A DNA stretch of 64,000 bases, from NCBI GenBank assembly GCA_963726515.1, contig CAVSCW010000019.1, forward strand, positions 20,727 to 84,726, written 5' to 3'. The notes below the pieces were generated by a model. It did not search any database. It was not told where the DNA came from and saw only the letters and a list, made by a program, of their open reading frames with translations. A program made the translations under genes and the position numbers. The first letter of the stretch is position 1. Each line of letters starts with the position of its first letter. Source of the stretch: an uncultured Actinomycetota bacterium. GTDB lineage: Bacteria; Actinomycetota; Actinomycetes; Propionibacteriales; Nocardioidaceae. Shown here piece after piece: positions 20,900 through 31,375 of the stretch.

Positions 20900-21014
20900 G
20901 TGCGTCGGACAGGACAAACACCGGCCATGAGGCCGAGCGGCACCGACGTACGGCCTTCCGATCCGGGGTTTGTCCTGTCCGACACGCACGGCGTGTCGGA
21001 CAGGACAAACCCGG
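20900..21014. repeat. three copies of TCGGACAGGACAAAC (direct, inverted, direct) forming a long hairpin
   Basis: Copies at 20905 (+), ~20967-20981 (-), 20996 (+); between convergent tdk and phosphodiesterase genes. Confidence 0.85.
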
Positions 21015-21033
21015 CGAGGGTGGGGCCGCTGGG

Positions 21034-22155
21034 TCAGCCGACGAGGATGGGGATCAGCATCTCCGCGGGCGTGAGCGAGCCGTGCAGCCCGACGAGCGTG
21101 TCCTCATAGGCGAAGTCGCGCGTGGACACGACCGCGGCGTCGTCGTGGCAGGCGACCATCACGTCGCCGAGGCGGGCGCGCACGCCCGCATCGACGGCGC
21201 CGAACCATCCCCGGGAGATCGCGTCCTCGCGCGTCAGCACCGTGGCCCGCTCCCCGAGCACCTCGGTCCACGTGGCCACCACGTCGGGCACGGCACGACC
21301 CGAGCAGTAGAGGTGCCGGAAGCGCGCCTCGCCCCCCAGCAGGAAGACGCCGTCGCGCATGCCCTCGACCTGGTCGACGTCGATCCGGGCGTCGCGGGGG
21401 CTGTCGACCATGCCGTGGTCGGCGACCACGAGGAGCCGGGTCGAGCGCGGCAGCGCCTCGCGCAGCTGCTCGGCCTCGGCGTCGACCATCGCCAGCTGCT
21501 GCAGCCACTGGCTCGAGGCGACCCCGAACTTGTGCCCGGTCCAGTCGAGGTCCGAGTCATAGACGTAGGTCAGCGAGGGCTCGTGCGCCGCCCCCTCGAC
21601 CACCGCCGCGATCCGTTCGCCGACCCGGTCGGCACCGACGTAGGTCGCACCGCGTTGCGAGGCCACGGTCAGCCCCGATCCGTCGAAGTCACGCTTGTTG
21701 ACCGAGGTGACGTGCACGCCTGCGCGCGCCAACCGCCCGAAGGCGGTCGGGTGGGGCTGCCACTCGACCGGGTCCACGGCCCGGTCCCAGCGGAGATGGT
21801 TCAGCAACCGTTCGGTGCCGGGGATGCGCGCGGTGAAGCCGACCAGTCCGTGGGCGCCCGGGACCAGCCCGGTCCCGAGCGAGGTCAGCGAGGTGGCGGT
21901 CGTCGAGGGGACCCCTGCGGTGCCGGTCGACCCGCCCGCGACCAGGGAGGAGAGGTACGGCGCGGCCTCGGCGTGACGGGCGAGGAGCTCGGCACCCATG
22001 CCGTCGACCAGGAACACGACGTACGACGGCGCCGGCGGCAGCTCGAGCCCCGCGGGGTGACCGTCCAGCGCGGTGCCGAGGGCGCGCGCGACCGCGGGGA
22101 TCACGTCGGCCAGCGACCGTTCGCCGTAGGCCGGCGAGGTGAAGTCCCCCGTCAC
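21034..22155 (-). CDS. alkaline phosphatase superfamily nucleotide pyrophosphatase/phosphodiesterase
   Basis: LVDGMG, PSTTATSL, DWTGH, ADHGM, GLHGSLT. Confidence 0.88.
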   Translation of the reverse strand: MTGDFTSPAYGERSLADVIPAVARALGTALDGHPAGLELPPAPSYVVFLVDGMGAELLARHAEAAPYLSSLVAGGSTGTAGVPSTTATSLTSLGTGLVPGAHGLVGFTARIPGTERLLNHLRWDRAVDPVEWQPHPTAFGRLARAGVHVTSVNKRDFDGSGLTVASQRGATYVGADRVGERIAAVVEGAAHEPSLTYVYDSDLDWTGHKFGVASSQWLQQLAMVDAEAEQLREALPRSTRLLVVADHGMVDSPRDARIDVDQVEGMRDGVFLLGGEARFRHLYCSGRAVPDVVATWTEVLGERATVLTREDAISRGWFGAVDAGVRARLGDVMVACHDDAAVVSTRDFAYEDTLVGLHGSLTPAEMLIPILVG

Positions 22156-22165
22156 TGTGGGGTGC

Positions 22166-22747
22166 TCACCCGCGCGTGCGCGCCGAGAGCGCGTCCGCGA
22201 AGGCCAGCAGGCCGCCGACGGCGTCGGCACCCTCGGCGGCGGCGGAGACACGCAGCGTGTAGTCGTCCCCGGCCAGCGTGCCCGTGTAGCCGTGGTCGGC
22301 GTCGCAGCTGGGGTCGGAGCACACCGCGGGCTCGAGGTCGAGGCGACCGACGCCGCCCCAGCCGATCGTGAGCACGGCCTCGGCCGGCGGCGCCACGCCC
22401 GCGGTGGGGTTGGCGACCATCCGCGTCACGACCACGGTCCGGATCGACGTCAAGGTGACCGCCTCGGTGGTCGTGGAGGTGTAGGGCTCGGGGAGCATCT
22501 CGTCACCCGGGTGCTCGTCGGTGTGGGCGATCACGAGCCGGGTCGGCGTGAGCAGGAGCGCCGTCAGGTGGCGGCGTACCTCCTCGTGGTCGAAGGTCGT
22601 CTCGTGGTGCACGAAGTAGGACAGGACCTCTTCACCGCCCGCTGCCGAGAAGACGCCGTCGGTGACGACCTCGGGGTAGTAGCCGGTGCGGTGGATCGCC
22701 TGGCGGAGGTCGTGGGAGACGTCCGCGTCACGGGTGGAGCGGGGCAT
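22166..22747 (-). CDS. DUF5998-like conserved actinobacterial protein
   Basis: GYYP, HHETTFD, EVRRH, CSDPSCDADHGYTG. Confidence 0.8.
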   Translation of the reverse strand: MPRSTRDADVSHDLRQAIHRTGYYPEVVTDGVFSAAGGEEVLSYFVHHETTFDHEEVRRHLTALLLTPTRLVIAHTDEHPGDEMLPEPYTSTTTEAVTLTSIRTVVVTRMVANPTAGVAPPAEAVLTIGWGGVGRLDLEPAVCSDPSCDADHGYTGTLAGDDYTLRVSAAAEGADAVGGLLAFADALSARTRG

Positions 22748-22773
22748 GCTCCCAGTCTGTCACGCAACCGGGG

Positions 22774-25504
22774 TCAGTCGGGGAGCGTGTCCCCCGGCAT
22801 CGTGCTGAGGCGACGCACGAACCAGTCCGACCGCGGGTCCTTGACCGGCTCGATCCGCACGTTGGCGCCGAGCACGGCGACCCCGTCGGCGCCGGCCAGC
22901 ACCAGCGGCAGCTGCAGGGCGCGCACCTGGGGCAGGTCGTGCTGGAGCTGGGCGATCTGCCGGACCAGCCGCTCGATCTCCTCCACGTCGACGATCTCGC
23001 TGCCGCGGTAGCCGAAGAGCAGCGGCGACGCCTTGATCTCGCGCACCATGTCCTGGGCGTCATGATCTGCCAGTGGTGGGATGCGGTAGGACCGGTCACC
23101 CAGCAGCTCGGTCAGCGGCCCGCCGATGCCGAAGGAGAGCACCGGCCCGAAGAGCGGGTCCTCCATCGTCGCGATGGTGACGGGGACGCCGGGAGGGGCG
23201 TTGCGCTGCACCACGAAACCGGCGCGGTCGGGCTCCGTGATGAGGTCGTTGAGCGACTCCCAGGCATCGGCCATCTCCACCGGGTCGTCGATGTTGCGCC
23301 ACACGTGCGCGAGGTCGGGCCGGTCGCGCAGGTGGTCGGCGGTCGCCTTGAGCACGACGTCCCACCCCATCGCCTCCCCCGCCGTCGTCGCCTCGTCGAG
23401 CGAGTCGACGGCATAGGTGTCCCACAGGTCGATGCCATAGGCGTTCAGCAGGCGGTGCAGCTCGCCGTAGTCGAGCTCGCGCCCCTCGGGGTGGTTCATC
23501 AGCAGCTCGTTGACCAGGTGCCGGGCCGTGTCGCGGTCCACAGGGACCAGGTCGCCGACCACCGGCTGCGGCACGCGCAGCCACACGGCGTACTCGACGA
23601 CGCGGGCGAGCGCACGCACCGCGGCTTCGACGGCGGGGTACGACGGCACGGAGCCGCGACCGGCACTGGACCCGGCCACGTCCGGCACCCGCAGGAGCTC
23701 GGGGACGCCCTCGGTGCCGAGGAACGTCGAGACGATCGGCTTGTCGGACTGCTCGCCGACCGCGGCGAGCACGTTGGCGACGTCCTCGCGGGCACCGGCG
23801 ACGTTCAGGGGCGGGATGAAGATGGCCACGACGGCATCGACCTCGGGGTCGTCGATCGCCCCGTCGAGGGCGTCCTCGAAGTCCTCGGCGCTGGCGTCGG
23901 ACCCGAGCGCGACCTGCTTGTTGACCACCAGTCCGACCGAGTGGGCGGCGTCCGCGGCGAGCAGGCCGAGGGCGTCGGAGTTGCCGACGATGGCGACGCG
24001 ACGACCGCGCGGCAGCGGCTGGTGGGCGAGCAGCTGGGCGACGTCGAACATCTCCTCCAGGGACTCGACCTGGATGATGCCGGCCTGGCGGAACATCGCG
24101 TCGACGGCCTCGGGCGGTGCGCCGATCTTGCGGACGGCGTGGCCCATCGGCACGCCCTGCGAGCTGCCTCCCGAGCGGACCGCGACGATCGGCTTGCGCC
24201 GGCTGACCCGCCGTGCGACCCGGGAGAACTTGCGCGGGTTGCCGATGGACTCGAGGTAGAGCAGCACGACCTCGGTGGCGTCGTCCTCCTCCCAGTACTG
24301 GAGGAGGTCGTTGCCCGAGACGTCGGCGCGGTTGCCGGCGCTGACGAAGGTGGTGAGGCCCAGCCCACGGTTCTGCACCTTCTCCAGGATCGCCGAGCCG
24401 AGCGCGCCCGACTGGCAGAAGAAGCCCGCGCGACCACGGGGCGGCATCACCGAGGAGAGGGAGGCGTTGAGCGAGACGTCGGGGTCGGTGTTGATGATGC
24501 CGAGGGCGTTGGGGCCGATGAGCCGCAGTCCGTAGGAGCGCGAGAGCCCGACCAGGCGCCGCTGCCGCAGCCGGCCCTCCTCACCGGTCTCGGCGAAACC
24601 CGACGAGATCACCACCAGGCCGTGCACGCCCTTGGCGGCGCAGTCGAGCACCACGTCCTGCACGGCGTCGGCGGGCACCGCGACGATGGCCACGTCCACG
24701 TCGCCGGGGATCTCCGCCACCGTCTTCCAGGCAGGCATCCCGGCGACGGAGTCGGCATTGGGGTTCACGACGTGGATGCGACCGGCGAAGTCGCCGAGGA
24801 CGAGGTGGCGCACGAGCGCCCGGCCGATGGTCTCCTGACGGCGGCTGGCGCCGATGATCGCGACGGACTTCGGTGAGAAGAAGCGCTCGATCGAGGCGTG
24901 CTCGGCACGGTGCTCGCGCTGCTCCATGACGCCGATGGCCGTGTCGGTGGGGTCGATCCGGAACACCAGCTCCATCACGCCGTCCTCGAAGGCGCTCTTC
25001 ACCCGGTAGCCGGCGTCCTTGAAGGTGTGGATCATCGCCTGGTTGTCGGGCAGCACCTCGGCGACGAACTCCTCCACGCCGCGCTCGCGACCGGCCTGCG
25101 CCAGGTGCTCGAGCAGGAGCTGCCCGATGCCGCGGCCCTGGTGCTTGTCCTCCACCAGGAACGCCACCTCGGCGTAGCCCGGCCGGATCGTGTCATAGCG
25201 ACCCACGGCGATCATCTGGCCGGCGACCGTCAGGATGAGGGCGACGCGGTCGCTGTGGTCGACCCGGGTGAAGCGGTCCAGGTCGCGCTCGGAGAGCTCC
25301 GGCATCGGCGAGAAGAAGCGGTAGTACTTCGACTCGTCGGAGACCCGGGAGTAGAACTCGACGAGGAGCGGACGGTCGTCGGGCTGCATCGGGCGGATGT
25401 GCGCGGTGCGGCCGTCACGCAGCAGGACGTCCGCCTCCCAGTGCCGGGGCGCCGGGCGCGGTCGCCGGAGCCAGCTCGTCTGCTGCGGCGTCGGCTTCGG
25501 TCAC
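22774..25504 (-). CDS. GNAT + CoA-binding/acyl-CoA synthetase-like protein (Pat-type lysine acetyltransferase); apparent 1-bp frameshift near the 5' end
   Basis: [46 protein letters not shown]; intact frame runs 22774-25500 but the likely GTG at 25504 is one base out of frame. Confidence 0.85.
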
Positions 25505-25609
25505 GGCTGCAATCTATCGGGCTTCCCGAGCCGGCACCGACGCAACCGGCCACCCTCCCCCGGCGAGCCCCGGCACGCAGGCGGTGGGCGAGCGGGGACA
25601 ATGGCCCGC

Positions 25610-28111
25610 ATGGCACGACGTACGACGAAGCAGCCCCTGCCGGACGACTTCGAGGAGCACATCCTCGACACCGACATCCGAGACGAGATGCAGACGTCGT
25701 TCCTGGAGTACGCCTACTCCGTCATCTACTCCCGGGCGCTCCCTGACGCGCGCGACGGCCTCAAGCCGGTCCAGCGCCGGATCCTCTACACGATGGACGA
25801 GATGTCGTTGCGTCCCGACCGCGGGCACGTCAAGAGCGCCCGAGTCGTCGGCGAGGTCATGGGTCGGCTGCACCCCCACGGGGACGGCGCGATCTACGAC
25901 GCGCTGGTGCGGATGGCGCAGCCCTGGTCGATGCGGCTGCCCACCGTCGACGGGCACGGCAACTTCGGCTCGCCCGACGACTCCCCCGCCGCCATGCGCT
26001 ACACCGAGTGCCGGATGGCGCCGGCCGCGGTGGCGATGACGGCGTCCATCGACGAGGACACGGTCGACTTCAAGCCCAACTACGACTCCCGCGAGACCGA
26101 GCCGGTCGTGCTGCCGGCCGCCATCCCGCACCTGCTGGTCAACGGCGCCGCCGGCATCGCGGTCGGCATGGCGACCAACATCGCCCCCCACAACCTGGTC
26201 GAGGTCGTCCAGGCGCTCAAGCACCTCATCACCCACCCGCAGGCGTCGCTCGACGACCTGATGCGCTTCGTCCCCGGCCCCGACCTGCCCACCGGCGGCA
26301 AGATCGTGGGCCTCGACGGCATCCGCGACGCCTACGAGTCGGGCCGCGGCACCTTCCGGATGCGTGCGACCGCACGCGTGGAGTCGGTGACCGCGCGACG
26401 CAAGGGCATCGTGGTCACCGAGCTGCCCTACGGAGTCGGCACCGAGCGGGTGATGGAGCAGATCAAGAAGCTCGTGCTCGCCAAGAAGCTCCAGGGCATC
26501 GCCGACATCAAGGACCTGAGCGACCGCGAGCACGGCCTGCGCCTGGTCGTCGAGATCAAGAACGGCTTCGTCCCCGAGGCGATCCTCGAGCAGCTCTACC
26601 GCCAGACCGCGCTGGAGGACTCCTTCGGCATCAATGCGGTCGCCCTGGTCGACGGCCAGCCGCGCACGCTCGGGCTCAAGGAGATGCTCGACGTCTTCCT
26701 CGGGCACCGCTTCGACGTCGTCCGGCGTCGCTCCACCTACCGGCGCGCCAAGGCCGCCGACCGGCTGCACCTCGTCGACGGGCTGCTGATCGCGATCCTC
26801 GACATCGACGAGGTCATCCAGGTCATCCGCTCCTCCGACAACGCCGCCGCCGCCAAGGAGCGCCTGATCTCCGTCTTCGAGCTGTCCGAGGCGCAGGCCG
26901 ACTACATCCTCGACATGCCGCTGCGCCGCCTGACGAAGTTCTCCAAGCTCGAGCTCGACAAGGAGAAGGCCGAGCTCGAGCGCACGATCGAGCTCCTCGA
27001 CGCGATCCTCGCCGACGAGAAGCTGCTGCGGAAGGTCGTCGCCGACGAGCTCAGCGACGTGGCCAAGGAGCACGGCACCCCCCGGCGTACGGTCCTGCTC
27101 GCCTCTGCCGGCAACACCGTCACCGCGGCCACACCGGTCGAGGTCGCCGACGACCCGTGCTTCGCACTGCTCTCGTCCAGCGGCCTGCTGGCCCGTACGA
27201 CGTCCGGCACGGCGCCCGGCCACGGTGAGGGCCGGGCCAGCCACGACGTCGTCACCAGTGCCGTGCGCACCACGGCGCGCGGCGAGGTGGGCGTGCTCAC
27301 CAACCGGGGCCGGGTGCTCAAGGTGGCCGTGCTCGACATGCCCACGCTCCCCGACTCGGCGAACGACCCCCACCTCCAGGGCGGCTACCCGCTCAGCGAG
27401 ATGCTCCCCCTCGACGTCGGCGAGCGCGCGCTGGCGCTGACCTCGCTGCCCGCGGACGGTCCGGGCCTCGCGCTCGGCACCCGGGAGGGGATCGTCAAGC
27501 GGGTGAACCCGGAGGTGCTCGGCCGCGACGAGTGGGAGGTCATCGGACTGCGTGAGGGCGACGAGGTCGTCGGCGCCGTCGAGCTGGTGACCGGCGAGGA
27601 GGAGCTGTGCTTCATCTCGAGCGACGCCCAGCTGCTCCACTTCCCCGCCTCCGGCGTCCGGCCGCAGGGTCGCGCCGGCGGCGGCATGGCCGGCATCAAG
27701 CTCGGCGCCGGCCAGACGGTCGCGTTCTTCGGTGCCTTCGACCCCGCCGACGCGGTCGTCGTGACGGCCTCCGGCTCCTCGACCGCACTCCCGGGCACCG
27801 AGTCGGGTGCGGTGAAGGTGACGCCGTTCAGCGAGTATCCCGGCAAGGGCCGCGCCACCGGCGGCGTGCGCAGCCACCGCTTCCTCAAGGGCGAGGACAC
27901 CCTGGTCGCGGCCTGGGCCGGACCCGGTCCGGCGCGCGCCTCGGCGGCGAGCGGCGCCCCCGTCGACCTGCCCGAGGCCGACGGCCGGCGCGACGGCTCC
28001 GGCGTGCCCGCAGCGCAACCGATCGCAGCGGTGGCGTCCCCCGTCTCGACACAGGTGGCCGGCCGGCTCGCCGCGGCGAGCGATGCCGCGCCCAGTGCTG
28101 TGGAAGGCTGA
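25610..28111 (+). CDS. parC: DNA topoisomerase IV subunit A (GyrA-like)
   Basis: [36 protein letters not shown]; away from oriC-type genes; alternative ATG at 25601. Confidence 0.9.
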   Translation: MARRTTKQPLPDDFEEHILDTDIRDEMQTSFLEYAYSVIYSRALPDARDGLKPVQRRILYTMDEMSLRPDRGHVKSARVVGEVMGRLHPHGDGAIYDALVRMAQPWSMRLPTVDGHGNFGSPDDSPAAMRYTECRMAPAAVAMTASIDEDTVDFKPNYDSRETEPVVLPAAIPHLLVNGAAGIAVGMATNIAPHNLVEVVQALKHLITHPQASLDDLMRFVPGPDLPTGGKIVGLDGIRDAYESGRGTFRMRATARVESVTARRKGIVVTELPYGVGTERVMEQIKKLVLAKKLQGIADIKDLSDREHGLRLVVEIKNGFVPEAILEQLYRQTALEDSFGINAVALVDGQPRTLGLKEMLDVFLGHRFDVVRRRSTYRRAKAADRLHLVDGLLIAILDIDEVIQVIRSSDNAAAAKERLISVFELSEAQADYILDMPLRRLTKFSKLELDKEKAELERTIELLDAILADEKLLRKVVADELSDVAKEHGTPRRTVLLASAGNTVTAATPVEVADDPCFALLSSSGLLARTTSGTAPGHGEGRASHDVVTSAVRTTARGEVGVLTNRGRVLKVAVLDMPTLPDSANDPHLQGGYPLSEMLPLDVGERALALTSLPADGPGLALGTREGIVKRVNPEVLGRDEWEVIGLREGDEVVGAVELVTGEEELCFISSDAQLLHFPASGVRPQGRAGGGMAGIKLGAGQTVAFFGAFDPADAVVVTASGSSTALPGTESGAVKVTPFSEYPGKGRATGGVRSHRFLKGEDTLVAAWAGPGPARASAASGAPVDLPEADGRRDGSGVPAAQPIAAVASPVSTQVAGRLAAASDAAPSAVEG

Positions 28112-28115
28112 GGAC

Positions 28116-28841
28116 ATGTTCGCTCGTGCCCGGATCCCCGGACGTCTCGTCGCCGCTGTGACGCTCGCGTTGCTCACCGCGCCCACCCTCGCCGCCTGCT
28201 CGGGCGAGGACTCGAAGGCCGCCGCCGAGGAGAAGGCACCCGAGGAGGTGCTGGCGGAGGCGTCGGCCAAGCTGACCGAGACGAGCGGCGTCGAGCTCGA
28301 CCTGTCGACGGGCGCGCTGCCCGAGGGCGTGTCCGGCATCGCCAAGGCGGCCGGCACGATCACCGACGCACCCGCCTTCGACGGCACCATCAGTGTGGTC
28401 TTCGCGGGCCAGACCGCCGAGGTGCCGGTGATCGCCGTCGACGGCCTCGTCTATGCCCAGCTGCCCTTCACTGACGGCGCCTGGCAGAAGGTCAACCCCA
28501 AGGAGTACGGCGCCCCGGACCCCGCGGCCCTGATCGGCGCGGACGGCTTCCCGGGCCTGCTGACGCTCACCGAGGGCCCCGAGGCGGGCACCAGCGTGCG
28601 CGGTGGCGCGGACAACTCCGAGATCCTCACGACCTACTCCGGCACCGTCCCCGGAGACGCGATGGACGCCGTCATCCCGTCGTCGTCGGGCGACTCGTTC
28701 GACGTGGAGTGGCAGATCAACGACGACGGTGAGCTGCGCACGGCCACCATGACGGGGGTCTTCTACCCCCGCGCCGAGCCGATGACCTACACCGTGGAGT
28801 TCGCCGACTACGGCACCGAGTTGGAGATCACCGCGCCGTGA
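28116..28841 (+). CDS. LppX/LprAFG-family lipoprotein
   Basis: Lipobox LAAC, YGAPDPAAL, C-terminal YG..EITAP; GTGA overlap with downstream MFS. Confidence 0.8.
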   Translation: MFARARIPGRLVAAVTLALLTAPTLAACSGEDSKAAAEEKAPEEVLAEASAKLTETSGVELDLSTGALPEGVSGIAKAAGTITDAPAFDGTISVVFAGQTAEVPVIAVDGLVYAQLPFTDGAWQKVNPKEYGAPDPAALIGADGFPGLLTLTEGPEAGTSVRGGADNSEILTTYSGTVPGDAMDAVIPSSSGDSFDVEWQINDDGELRTATMTGVFYPRAEPMTYTVEFADYGTELEITAP

Positions 28842-30607
28842 GCGGGTCCGCGACCGGCACCGGCGCGGTCTCGCGCACCTCGCGACTCCTCCTGTCGATG
28901 GCTGCGGTCGCCGTCGCGTTCGCCGCGGCGGACACCTACGTCGTGGTGCTGGCGCTGCCCGACATGATGACCGGCGTCGGGGTCCCGATCGACCAGCTGC
29001 AGCGCGCAGCCCCGATCGTGAGCGGCTTCCTGCTCGGCTACGTCGCGATGCTCCCGCTCATCGGCCGCATCGCCGACCTGCGCGGCCGGGTGCCGGTCCT
29101 CGTGATGGCGCTGGTGCTCTTCGCCCTGGGCTCCTTCATCACCACCCTCGCCTACGACATGCCGAGCATCGTGGCCGGCCGGTTCCTCCAGGGCGTCGGC
29201 GGAGGTGGGCTGGTGCCCGCCACGCTGGCGCTGGTCGCCGACCTCTACCCGGTCGAGCGGCGGGGGGTGCCCCTGGGCATCGTGTCGGCGGTCCAGGAGA
29301 TCGGCTCGGTGCTGGGCCCCCTGTTCGGCGCCGCGGTGCTGGCCGTGTCGGACTGGCGCGCGATCTTCGCGATCAACCTGGCCGTCGGGCTGGTCCTGGC
29401 CGCGGCGATCCGCGCGCTGGGCCCGCACCAGCCCGGACCCTCGCGACGCCGCCGACCCGACGTCGTCGGGCTGGGGCTCCTGCTCGCCACCTTCGCCGGC
29501 GGGCTCGGGGTCTTCCTGCGCCCCTCCGGACTGATGCGCGACCTCACGTGGGGCCAGCTCTTCATCCCCTATGCCGGGGACGGGCGCTGGCTCACCCCGA
29601 TCGGGGCGATCACCACCGGGTCGCTGGTCCTGCTCCTCGTCTGGTGCTGGTTCGCGCCGCGGCCGCTCCTCGACCTGCGCGGGTGGGGCCGGGTGCTGGT
29701 CGATGCCGACCTGGTCGGCGCCCTCCTGCTGGCCGCCGCCCTCGGCGGCGTGATCCTCGCCTTCGCCACGGCCGACCCCAAGATCGAGGTGTTCTCGCCC
29801 CGGGGACGGTGGTACCTCCTCGGAGCGATCCTCGCCACGGCCGCTTTCGCGTGGCACGTGCGGCGCGCGGAGCACCCGCTGGTGCCGCGCGGCGCGCTGC
29901 GTCGTACGCCGGCGTGGGGGGCGCTGCTGGTCAGCTTCTTCGTCGGGGCCGCGCTGATCGCCGCGCTGATCGACATCCCGCTCTTCGCCCGCACCACGGT
30001 CTATCCCGACGACCAGCTGCCCGCGGCGCTGGTGCTCGTGCGGTTCCTGCTGGCCCTCCCGGTGGGAGCGGTCGCCGGCGGCTTCCTGATCCGCCGCTTC
30101 TCCCCCGGCATCGTGACGGCGGTGGGGATGCTCATGGCTGCCGCCGGCTTCGTGCTGATGACCCGATGGGGTCTGACCACGATCGAGGAGCCGATCGCCA
30201 ACCTCGCGCTGATCACCGGCGGCCTCGGCTTCGGCCTGGCCCTGGCGCCGGTCAACGCCGCGCTGCTCGCCCACACCGACGACGACGTGCACGGTGTGGC
30301 CAGCGCCTTCGTGGTGGTCTCGCGGATGGTGGGCATGCTCATCGGCATCTCCGCCCTCACCACGATCGGCCTGCGCCGCTACTACGCCGAGCAGCTCGCC
30401 GTACCTCCCGTGCAGGAGGTCTGCGACGGCAGGAGCAGGTGCAAGGAGTTCTCCGACCTGCTGCGCGTGGCCGGGATCGCCCAGGAGCACGCCGTCTTCT
30501 GGGGCGCGGCCGGTTGTGCCGTGGTCGCCGCCGTCATCGCCCTGATCGTCTTCCGGGGCGTGCGGGCCGACAGCGTCAGCACCCGTGAGGCCCTCTCGAG
30601 CCACTGA
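28838..30607 (+). CDS. MFS transporter, P55/Rv1410c-like
   Basis: AADTYVVV, FLLGY, GRIADLRGR, QEIGSVLGP, DIPLF, RMVGMLIG. Confidence 0.82.
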   Translation: MSGSATGTGAVSRTSRLLLSMAAVAVAFAAADTYVVVLALPDMMTGVGVPIDQLQRAAPIVSGFLLGYVAMLPLIGRIADLRGRVPVLVMALVLFALGSFITTLAYDMPSIVAGRFLQGVGGGGLVPATLALVADLYPVERRGVPLGIVSAVQEIGSVLGPLFGAAVLAVSDWRAIFAINLAVGLVLAAAIRALGPHQPGPSRRRRPDVVGLGLLLATFAGGLGVFLRPSGLMRDLTWGQLFIPYAGDGRWLTPIGAITTGSLVLLLVWCWFAPRPLLDLRGWGRVLVDADLVGALLLAAALGGVILAFATADPKIEVFSPRGRWYLLGAILATAAFAWHVRRAEHPLVPRGALRRTPAWGALLVSFFVGAALIAALIDIPLFARTTVYPDDQLPAALVLVRFLLALPVGAVAGGFLIRRFSPGIVTAVGMLMAAAGFVLMTRWGLTTIEEPIANLALITGGLGFGLALAPVNAALLAHTDDDVHGVASAFVVVSRMVGMLIGISALTTIGLRRYYAEQLAVPPVQEVCDGRSRCKEFSDLLRVAGIAQEHAVFWGAAGCAVVAAVIALIVFRGVRADSVSTREALSSH

Positions 30608-30665
30608 CCGTCCAGCCGCCGACTGCCTCTCGTGGCGGTGCTCGGCTCGCGCTAATCTGGCGACC

Positions 30666-31160
30666 GTGGACGACTTCGACGACCTGATGCAGGCCAACCG
30701 CGCGTTCGCGGACTCCTTCGACCTCGGTGGCTTCGACGGCAAGGCACACGCCGGAGTCGCCCTGGTGACGTGCATGGACTCGCGCATCGACCCGTTGCGG
30801 ATGCTCGGGCTCAAGCACGGCGACGCCAAGATCTTCCGCAACCCCGGCGGCCGGGTCACCCCCCAGGCGCTGGAGGCGCTGGTGCTGGGGGTCCACCTGC
30901 TCAACGTGCAGCGCATCCTCGTCGTCCCGCACACCCGCTGCGCGATGGCATCCGCCTCGGAGACCGAGCTGCGCGTGCGCGTGAGCGAGTCCGCCGGCGT
31001 CGACGCCAGCTGGCAGTCCTTCGGGGTCGTGACCGACCAGCTCGAGCAGCTGCGCGAGGACGTCCTGAAGGTCCGCACGCACCCCCTCATCGGCAAACGC
31101 GCCCGCATCGGCGGCTTCCTCTACGACGTCGACACGGGCCTGCTCACCCAGCACGCCTGA
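30666..31160 (+). CDS. beta-class carbonic anhydrase
   Basis: TCMDSRI, RNPGG, HTRC Zn ligands, YDVDTG. Confidence 0.9.
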   Translation: MDDFDDLMQANRAFADSFDLGGFDGKAHAGVALVTCMDSRIDPLRMLGLKHGDAKIFRNPGGRVTPQALEALVLGVHLLNVQRILVVPHTRCAMASASETELRVRVSESAGVDASWQSFGVVTDQLEQLREDVLKVRTHPLIGKRARIGGFLYDVDTGLLTQHA

Positions 31161-31213
31161 CGTACGACGTACTCCTCGGCCTCGGCTCGTGGCCGCCCCC
31201 GTCCGTCCCCGCC

Positions 31214-31308
31214 GATGGATTTCCACTCGCACGAGTGGAACTCCATCCGGACCTGAGCGTGGAGGGCGCGTCTCGGCGCTGAACTTCCACTCGCAGGAGT
31301 GGAAGTCC
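31214..31308. repeat. pair of related palindromes (TTCCACTC-N4-GAGTGGAA)
   Basis: GATGGATTTCCACTCGCACGAGTGGAACTCCATC at 31214-31247; GAACTTCCACTCGCAGGAGTGGAAGTCC at 31281-31308. Confidence 0.85.
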
Positions 31309-31375
31309 AGACCAGGGCCAGGCGCGGCCAGGGCGGGCCGGACGCGGCCGAAGCCGGGCCGGCGCCCCGTACGTC

